From NCBI GenBank assembly GCA_964035545.1, contig OZ037773.1, forward strand, positions 6,043,751 to 6,107,750: a DNA stretch of 64,000 bases, written 5' to 3'. A model generated the notes under the pieces. It searched no databases. It was not told the DNA's origin and saw only the letters and a program-made list of their open reading frames with translations. Positions 56,701 through 64,000 of this stretch are shown here, piece by piece. The position numbers were made by a program, and so were the translations under genes. Each line of letters starts with the position of its first letter. The first letter of the stretch is position 1. The DNA comes from Bugula neritina (lineage: Eukaryota; Animalia; Bryozoa).

Positions 56701-58762
56701 CTGGGACACCCATAAGCAGGCTCATTCTGGAGTCAGTCGGGTCATCAGGTGTCTGCGGCTGCGTTGGTATTGGCCCGGAATGACTCGGGACGTACGACTG
56801 CGGGTACGGCAATGCGAGGTCTGCCAAGCTAGCAAGCATGGCCGCCCCACGGAAACCACTGGTCGACGCCGGCTGTACGCTGGTCGACCGTGGCAAGTAG
56901 TGGCGGTAGACCTCGTCGGGCCTATGCCGTTATCCGCCAGAGGGAACACCTGGATACTGGTGCTCACGGACCACTTTACCCGGTGGGCGGATGCTCTGGC
57001 TATCCCAGACGCAACCGCCCCCACGGTGGCCCGGACCCTGGACCAAAATGTGTTCTGTTACCTCGGTTTGCCCGAGCAGATACATACGGACCAGGGCGCC
57101 CAGTTCCAGTCCCAGCTCATGGGAGACCTCTGCCGGATATGGGGGGTGAACCAGAGTCGGACCACCCCATATCACCCGCAAGGGAACGGAGTCGTCGAGC
57201 GGAACAACAGGATGTTGGGTGACGCGCTCAGGAGCCTGCTCCTTGGTCGAGGTCAGGAAGAATGGGACGTGGTGCTGCCGCAGATCATGCGGGCTTACCG
57301 CAGCACACCACACTCCGCCACACAGGAGACCCCAAACTTCCTGATGCTAGGCCGAGAGACGCGGGTCCCGGAACACCTGACATACCATGTTCCTGCCCCC
57401 GAGTCACCGGTACACGAATATGTGGAGGGTCTGATGGACATCATGGGCAAAGCTCATGATGCGCTGCGCACCCAGCAGTGGCAGACCCGCACAGAGGACT
57501 CAGAGGAGCCCCCGTTGTACCAGGTGGGAGACTGGGTCTGGATGGTGAGCTACCGTAGGCGACGCGGACAGTCGGCTAAGCTTCAGCCCAAGTTCGTCGG
57601 TCCCTACTGCGTAGTGGAGGTGCTGCCCAACCACACGTACCGTGTGGAGCGCTCTGGACAGATCTCCGTCCAGAGCGAGCAGCGCCTCAAACCTTACCAT
57701 GCCAGCCCAGACGCGGTGGGTCAGGCTCCACCCCTCCTGGAGCCCCACCGTCAGCCCAACCGTCGAGGACGGGCCACCCAGCCCCGAGAGGTGGAAATTA
57801 TGGTTCCCAGAGAGTCGGACCAGGAGCAGGCCGCCTTGATAGAGCAGCTGGAGCGACAGCAGAGAGAGGAGCGGGAACAGGAACAGCGGCAAGCCCTAGG
57901 ACCACCACCCTCCCTGGGGGAGGACACCCCCACCCCCGTGTTGGGTGAAGGCGGGGACCCCCCTACTAGGGTAGCCCAGGAGCCACCAACACCACCGGTG
58001 CCTGTTCCAATTGAGAGGAGCCAGCGGTCAAGAAGACCCCCCAGGTATCTGGCAGACTATGCTGTAGGGCACCTGGAGTGGCCCCCTCATGAGGACAACC
58101 CACCCAGTACGGACGACCACCCCATCTTGGCTGGAAATTCCCTCCATCACCCCGGAGAATTCCACCAAAAAGAAGATTTCACACAGCTAGCACGTGAGTT
58201 ACAGCTCAAGTTGAATTCTAATCCTGATACCCCTAAGTATAATTTAAACACTGTTATTCAGACACTAGCATCAGCTATGGGAATTACCTCGCCAGATACC
58301 CAAACAGAGGAGCGTAAGGATACCGAGGAGGCCAGTCGATCCGACTCCCCTCCCCCACCAGCTCCTGTTTCGGCTCCCCGCAGCCAGCAGTACGACACCC
58401 CCTCTTCCGAGGTGTGTTCCGCCAGCGTTAGTGGCCCTGACCCCGAACCGGTTGAGCTCCAGCTCACAGCTGGGGAGGAGCAGGGCACTCTATACGGCGA
58501 CCACCTCGCAGGCAGAGACGAAGAGGACTCTCCAATACTGGCAATGCCTCGGGCCCTGGTCGCCCGCCAGTATTGGATATCTGGAGCACCAGGCAGCCAG
58601 ATAGAAGAACAGACTCAGCCAACCCACCCACAATTGCCCCGTCACGGGCAGAGTATGGCACTTCCTTACCGAGAGTGCATCCTGGATAGCGCAATCGAGG
58701 CCTGGTCCCGTATCCTCGATCCAAGTACAGAAGAGATAGGAAGCCTGGTGCACTACCTCTAA
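53663..58762 (+). CDS. pol: Pol polyprotein (PR-RT-RH-IN) in the -1 frame
   Basis: The frame is open from the slippery site at 53663 to TAA at 58762. Motifs: LLDTG, YLDD, TDAS/TDH, HHCC zinc finger, D-D-E core, GPY, then a long P/E/Q-rich tail. Confidence 0.96.
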   Translation, partial: FKHPRLTVTSANRGPHANPIRDRTRRGEEETSTGSADTEWQRPRRSRRPQGLPDPPAVPLETRMQLEEAGWQAPRRSRRPQGLPDPPAWPLQNRFAGLPEEVVEEDSAYSQEYPKLPSRPQKTPVVSKTKRRPAVRTQVVSPPETDRSRSTQPYGSSYFLPGKISGKAATFLLDTGCTTNLLSRRLFDTLGARERASLEPYEGAHGTLADGSCIPFYGVISLPGRVRDQAIHETFIVSQLKEDAILGMPFLEKHQCHMDFQKSVVVMAGKELVCVDKFGRPLVGGVQVVRDCTVPGRSQATLRCRVNCKGIADLGVVEGTHGAIRLANSLNRLDCRQELLVQCINPFTEPVRLSAGALVGKYHSIQEADVGPALETVADTQGNPPHTRRGAVPEHMADLYDGACGNCTSSTERQVLAQLLAEYSDVFSRGDGDMGLTKVISHEIPLAAGTTPIRQPTRRLGPEKEKEVSRQVQDLLDRDLIEPAHGAWSSPVVLVKKKDGSWRFCVDYRRLNSVTIQDAYPLPRIDESLDALAGSKYFSTLDLLSGYWQVPLSPDAQDKAAFITRDGLWKWKVLPFGLTSAPATFQRLMEQVLSGLHWKTLLIYLDDVIVISPDFSTHVSRLREVFDRLRAAGLKLKPSKCALLQPEVTYLGHVVGRNGVATDPEKVQAVKEWTVPRDLPELRAFLGLVGYYRQYIPGFAGVAQPLNRLTAKGVRWQWTQEEQQAFDHLKQRLMEAPILAYPDPAQEYILDTDASDHSVGAVLSQVQGGSEVVVAYYSKTLAAAEKNYCTTRKELLAVVKAVKHFRPYLYGRTFRLRTDHASLIWLCKRAEPSSQVARWLEILAEFSYRIEHRAGRKHGNADGMSRRPVEDCKQCLHIEKRDGGPARLDVETELGEGAVYRWEHGHLRTETHSDDVQALHANPTLYQNVKELCRLQETLPGAVADIFRAKKEGRRPSEEQQRQGDVEFQLLCRRWDALKVSPDGLLMITLAADNRQQERDRVVCPRALRRELIWDTHKQAHSGVSRVIRCLRLRWYWPGMTRDVRLRVRQCEVCQASKHGRPTETTGRRRLYAGRPWQVVAVDLVGPMPLSARGNTWILVLTDHFTRWADALAIPDATAPTVARTLDQNVFCYLGLPEQIHTDQGAQFQSQLMGDLCRIWGVNQSRTTPYHPQGNGVVERNNRMLGDALRSLLLGRGQEEWDVVLPQIMRAYRSTPHSATQETPNFLMLGRETRVPEHLTYHVPAPESPVHEYVEGLMDIMGKAHDALRTQQWQTRTEDSEEPPLYQVGDWVWMVSYRRRRGQSAKLQPKFVGPYCVVEVLPNHTYRVERSGQISVQSEQRLKPYHASPDAVGQAPPLLEPHRQPNRRGRATQPREVEIMVPRESDQEQAALIEQLERQQREEREQEQRQALGPPPSLGEDTPTPVLGEGGDPPTRVAQEPPTPPVPVPIERSQRSRRPPRYLADYAVGHLEWPPHEDNPPSTDDHPILAGNSLHHPGEFHQKEDFTQLARELQLKLNSNPDTPKYNLNTVIQTLASAMGITSPDTQTEERKDTEEASRSDSPPPPAPVSAPRSQQYDTPSSEVCSASVSGPDPEPVELQLTAGEEQGTLYGDHLAGRDEEDSPILAMPRALVARQYWISGAPGSQIEEQTQPTHPQLPRHGQSMALPYRECILDSAIEAWSRILDPSTEEIGSLVHYL

Positions 58763-58949
58763 TGATAAAACCGGACAACCAGGGGCCGCTGGCAATAGCC
58801 AACTGAACTGTAAATATTCTCGTGTTACGTGTGATTAATCATAATACTTTCCTGTTAACCGCATATTTTTCTACGTTTGTGTTTTATTTTTTGTGTGTGG
58901 AATCATTGTTTTGCTATCGAAAAGGGGATGCTTTTCGATGGGGGGAGAA

Positions 58950-59514
58950 TGTAATGGATTTTCACCCTCTATTAGTTTTTAACTGCGTGAGTCAGTATTA
59001 TAACTACTGTTGCGTATCGTTTTGAATGCTGTAATTATAGCTAAGTTGCACTAGCTTTCTAATGCCTTATTATTGTGATTAAGCTTTCAGTATAATGTAA
59101 TTTTCATTAAATACGCATTTCCAGAGTTATTTTCCCTTTTTGCTATTTCATCGTTTTGCATTAATACTGATACTGGAAATTTGTGTAGCTTTTATGAATG
59201 CCTTCAATAGGTTGTTATTATAGCTAAATTCTTGGCCTATTGAATTATTCATTCTCCTTTGTCTATTTTTCTTTTGTTACTGTCAAGCTTAACTTTCTTT
59301 TGTCTGTTGGAACATTCTAGATGTGAATTCTTGTGTATAAAAGCAGGCGAGTTTCCAGTGTAGCTTCAGACTACTACTGGAGCTCGCTGGTAGTAGGACC
59401 ACATGAGCTGTATCTGATACAATAAAGGTTATCCTCATTTGTACTCAAATACTTGGCTTATTCTTTCTAGAGCATGTAGGCACTAGTTGCATTCAGAACC
59501 CACAGTTTACTACA
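58950..59514 (+). repeat. 3' LTR of element B
   Basis: Same length as the 5' LTR. No mismatch seen by eye. Confidence 0.97.
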
Positions 59515-60270
59515 ATACAATGGCCGTTTCTTAGCTGCTGCAATACGCCGAGGTACCGCTTGAACAAAAGGGATAGCATCCTCTTTTATCTGGGTTCTCA
59601 CTTCCGTAGACATATTGCTCCAAGCCCACGAAACAAGTTAGGGTAGACCTTTTTCTAATCATGGCCTTCACAATGATCAATGCCATCTACAAAACAGATT
59701 AAATCAAGTCTCCCAATAGCAGGCTTTCCCAAAAGAGGCATTAGTAGCCCTTCAATGAAATATACTAACTCCTGAATTCCCTTCTCTCCTAGACACATAC
59801 CAACCATAGCCTGGCCAACCACCTTTAATTTATTGTTACCCGCTCTTCTCAAAATCTTTGTAGAGGGTTGTGACCCCCGCTTACAGCAATACATTAAATA
59901 TGCGGGCAACGCCGTGACTGCCGTCCCTGCCTTCCCTGTATCTATTTTGAATTTTACAGGCACATTATCAACTTTAATGTTAACTAGCCAAGCTTTTAAA
60001 GTTTCGGTAACTGTCTTGGAATCAATTATGCTTAGTCATAAATAATCGTTGCCAAGAAAAAGTCTATCCATCTCCTCACAGTCAACCATTTCTGCCTTTG
60101 AGCTATATTGACCGCCTCTAGAAACGGTATTGGTACATGTTTTACTCTAATGACCTTTACTTTTACATTAAAAACAAGTAGCAGATCTGGCAAGACACCT
60201 AGTTCTAACCCGACACTCATTGTTAAGTGACATTGCTTACCGTCAATAGTGACACCTGGTGTCAAATACA

Positions 60271-62140
60271 AATTTACTTCACTGGTGGCAGCAGTGGGAT
60301 TTTTCTAGAGCAATACTAGACAACCCATTTTAAAGATGGTGGAAGAAGCTTTTCGTGCAGCCGCTGCAGGAATCCGTGACATGGCACAGGAGGCTGCTGC
60401 TATACTTAACCAACGGCAACGTACTCGCCTACCACTCCCGTCATTTGATGGCACTACTAATGTTAATGAGTTCTTACGTTGGTTCGAACAGGTCCGAGTG
60501 CTTAATGGTTGGGAGGATGCAGAAACCGAGCTACAGTTTGATATGGCTGTGACTGGTGCAGCAAAGCGAGGATTGCCAGAGGGTACTTACACTCATCGTG
60601 CTGGTCAACCTTGAACCAGGTATCAACTCACAGAGCAAGGAGCCAGTCAGCTACTGAAGCAAGTCAGCTGGAACCCTAAAAAAATATGCATGAATTTGCC
60701 AACTATCTAAAAAGACTCATCCAGATGGCCAGCCCGGAACTAGGTGGTGATGGTAGAGAAAAGCGCGCTATTAAAAAGCTGATAAATGCATTACCTGATG
60801 AGTATCAAACATTACGCTGGGAACTAAATCACCGTACACCGGGGACTGTGAAAGCCATCATTGACATCATCCACCGATTTTCCCAACTACAGACGAGCAC
60901 ACTCATGGTGCGTCAAGTGAAGAATGATAGTATGGCTGAGTTAGAAGCCCGACTGGACCAATACATGACACAGCAAAATAAAAGGATGCAGAAATTCATA
61001 GAAACTCAAGGGGCCATGCTAAAGAAACTGACCTTGTCAACTGCCTCGGTACAAAGCCGACCCCCTAGAACTGCGCAAATGCCAGTTACCTGCTACGCTT
61101 GCGGAGAAAAAGGGCACTATGCAAGGAGATGTTCTCAATCTAGACAGGGAAATGAACTAGTTTGACATTAAATGACCCAGTCACTGTTGAACTGAATCCT
61201 AAGGGTCGAACACATGTCCGGTTAACTAAGCAAAGAACCGCATATTATGTTCCAGTCAAGATTGGAGTCCGGGATGAGATTATGCTACTTGACAGTAGGT
61301 GCACACAGTCAATTGTACCGACATCAGTAATACGTCAAGTAGCCGACCACTGTCGTACTCCCCTCATTTCCACAACAGGACATTGCACACTCGCAGATGG
61401 AAAAAGTGTCAAACTGGAAGGTACCACACGCCTCACCTTTAAGCTGGGTTCAACTATTTGCACTCATCAGTTCCTGGTAGCCAATCTAGGCAACCAGATA
61501 CTACTAGATCTTAACTTCTTTGAACAATTTCAAGGTCACATAGATTTCTCTAACTGCCTGTTCCGGATGAGAGAGCAAACCATAAGCTGTTGTGATGAAC
61601 GACGTCAGCCTTTCCATGCCAATGTGCAGGCCAAATATGCTACAATCCTGCCGCCTCGTGCAGAGAGTCTTGTGGAGATCCGCATAGTTCGGCCATGGAA
61701 CTGTCAACATGCTTTCTTGGAGTCAAAAACCTACACCGATGGGTGGTCATTGCCAGTGCACTATACCATCCTCAACAGCAACCAAAAATCTATGTGCGGA
61801 TGCTTAACCATACAACAGAGCCAATCCCAATTCCACCTGAAAAAGTACTCACCAGATGCTGTACTGTGGAGTTCATTGAATCGGCTCAGTCTGAAGGTGC
61901 TACTCCAGATGCATTTGAGCAAGGAGAGAAAAAGTGGTGCCAACACCTGCCCGCATTAAAAAAGCAAGTAGCTACACAGATGTTGAGGTGACACCGCAGA
62001 GTCTTTAGTGCTCACAGATATGACCTAGGTCGCACAGACCTAGTAAAACATGAAATCCTCTAGTGTCAGGAACCCACCCCTTTAAACAGAGACCATATCG
62101 TCATGGCCTTGTCCAAGAAGAAGAAATTGAAAGACAGCGT
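60271..62140 (+). mobile_element. Truncated, decayed Gypsy element C (PBS-gag-protease-start of RT)
   Basis: LTR stub ending TTCA at 60281. PBS TGGTGGCAGCAGTGGGAT (tRNA-Leu) at 60283. gag 60336-61165 is interrupted at ~60614 and has CYACGEKGHYARRC. G_GGA_AAT slippery site at 61147. Protease LLDSR (mutated DSG). Confidence 0.85.
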
Positions 62141-64000
62141 ACAGCGGGCATCGATCTGTAGCTTCCATTGGGCGGCCATGCTTGCTAGCTTGGCAAACCT
62201 CACATTGTAGTATCCGCAGTCGTACGTCTCGAGTCAGTCCGGGCCAGTACCACCGTAGCTGTAGACATCTGATGACTCGACTGGCCTCAGCATGGGCCTG
62301 TTTATAGGTGTCCCAGATTAACTCCCGTCAAAGGGCATGTGGACATACGACGCGTTCTCTCTCCTGGTGATGGTTGTCTGCTGCCAGTGCTATGGTGAGC
62401 AGGCCATCCTAGCTGACCTTGAGGGAATCCCAGCGGCGACAGAGATGTTGGAACTCAATGTTCCCCTGCCGCTGCTGCTCCTTCGTAGGTTGACGGTTCT
62501 CCTTCTTGGTCTGGAATGTGTCAGCTACCACCCCTGGTAGCATCTCCGGCAGTCGGCACAGTTCCTTGACGTTCCGATGCAGAGTGGGGTTGGCCCGGAG
62601 GGCATTGACGGTGTCTGATTGGGTTTCAGACTGGAGGTGGCCGTGTTCCCAACTATGGCTGTCGTCTTTCTCCAGCTGTTCTTCTACGTCAAGGCGAGCA
62701 GGTCCCCTGTCCAGTCTCTCAATGTGCAGACACTGCTTAGAGTTCGCCTATGGCCGGCAGCTAATGCCCTTGGCGTTCTCCAGCAAACGAGCTACCTGGC
62801 TCGAAGGCTCAGTGCGTTTGCGCAGCCATTTCAGTGATGCATGGTCGGTCAAAATCTGAACGTTCTTCTATACAGATATGGCTGGAAGTGCTTGACCGCC
62901 TTGACTACTGCTAGGATCTCCTTTCTTTTTGTGCAGTAGTTCTTCTCAGCAGTCGAGAGAGTCTTGCTGTAGTAAGCCACTACCACCTCTGTTCCACCCT
63001 GGACTTGGGACAGCACAGCTCCCACACTGTGGTCACTGGCGTTGTTGTCCAGGATGTACTCTTTGGCCAGGTCAGGGTACGCCAGGATAGGCGCCTCTAT
63101 CAGCCGATTCTTGAGGTGGTTGAATGCCTGCTGCTTCTCCTGTGTCTACTGCCACCGGAATCCCTTGGCAGTTAGCTGATTCAAAGGCTGTTCCACCCCT
63201 GCAAACCCTGGTATGTACTGCTTATACTTGCTCCCTGCGAGAGCATCTAGACTCTAGAGACTCATCTATTCGAGGGAGGAGGTAAGCATCCTGGATGGTA
63301 ACACTATTGAGCTTGTGGTAGTTCATGCAGAACTTCTAGCTACCTTCACCTTCTTTCTTCTTGACCAGGACTACCAGAGAGCTCCACGCACCGTAGCCAG
63401 GTTCAATCAGATCCGGTCGAGAAGATTCTGTACTTGTCGACCCACCTCCTTCTCCGGGCCCAGTTGCCAGGTTGGCTGCCTGATGGGAGTGGTGTCGGCT
63501 GCCAAGAGTATCTCGTGACACTTAACCTTAGTCAGCCCCATGTCCCCGTCCCCGCAGCTGAAGACATCACTGCAATCCATGAGTAGTCGAGCCAGTTCTT
63601 GGCGTTAGGCAAGTTATTATGACAGTTTCCACAAGCTTCATCATACAGGTCAGCCACATGTTCTGGTACCACTCCTTGGCTGGCCCGGAGGGAAGGGTTC
63701 CCTGGGTGCTGGTCACTGTTTCTAGTGCCGGTCCTACGCCTGTTTTCTAGATGAAGTGGTACTTCTCCACCAGCACACCAGCTGACAGCTTGACAGGTTT
63801 GGCAGAAAGCAGACACTTCTTGGGCCCTCACAGCGGGCCTCCTCTTTGTTGTTTTGACCTTGAGGATTTTCAGAGGTCTTGAGGGTGGTTGGGAAGCTCT
63901 TATGAGTAAGCCGTATCCTCTTACACGACCTCGTCAGGTAACCCCACGAACCGGTTGTGAAGTGGCCAGGCAGAAGGTTCAGGTAAACCTTGCGTTTTCC
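62141..64000 (-). mobile_element. Decayed, internally deleted relative of element B (element D), running off the window
   Basis: The reverse complement matches B pol from ~53920 to ~56880 (e.g. DLIEPGYGAWSSLVVLVKKK, VPEHVADLYDEACGNC). The protease and RT core are deleted, and there are stops and frameshifts. Confidence 0.9.

Larger units (their letters stand above)
52167..59514 (+). mobile_element. Intact full-length Ty3/Gypsy LTR retrotransposon B (7348 bp)
   Basis: TG..CA LTRs at 52167-52731 and 58950-59514 (565 bp each). 4-bp TSD ATAC (52163-52166 and 59515-59518). PBS, PPT GGGGGGAGAA (58940-58949), and open gag and pol. Confidence 0.98.
49210..60270 (-). mobile_element. Decayed Gypsy (Mag-like) LTR retrotransposon A, split by element B
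   Basis: Minus-strand fragments: degenerate CCHC knuckle (~60130-60190), protease FKIDTG (59655-59963), RT IRVCVDFTRLNKAV..LPFGISSA (51401-52160), RNase H ETDHKPL, and integrase HPQSNGEAER..AYRDTP (49928-50600). Many stops and frameshifts. The 5' part is missing. Confidence 0.9.

Noticed and set aside
52871-58802. Many antisense and alternate-frame ORFs within element B, including a possible env
   Set aside because: Expected in GC-rich coding DNA. No signal-peptide/TM env ORF, and only ~190 bp separate the pol stop from the 3' LTR.

Overview
AT-rich, intron-containing animal (probably invertebrate) genomic DNA in three zones. (1) 1-17 kb: compact housekeeping cluster with a C6orf163-like coiled-coil gene (-), COQ6 (+), RBM18 (-) and RPS29 (+). 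RPS29 intron 1 carries a 2.45-kb foldback DNA transposon with ~900-bp arms and a 9-bp TSD. (2) 18-34 kb: two tandem minus-strand class A GPCR paralogues (FMRFamide/sex-peptide-receptor-like) with identical intron phases and degenerate activation motifs. (3) 40-64 kb: a ~5.65-kb tandem duplication of an orphan TATA-box gene, followed by a nest of four Gypsy LTR retrotransposons. The orphan gene has kB- and ISRE-like motifs, a cationic micro-ORF whose stop overlaps the next ATG, and an ~86-aa repeat. One Gypsy element is intact and young (apparently identical 565-bp LTRs, tRNA-Leu PBS, UUUAAAC slippery site followed by a coronavirus-like three-stem pseudoknot). Gene models were built by hand from GT-AG sites with phase checks. 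No database search was possible.
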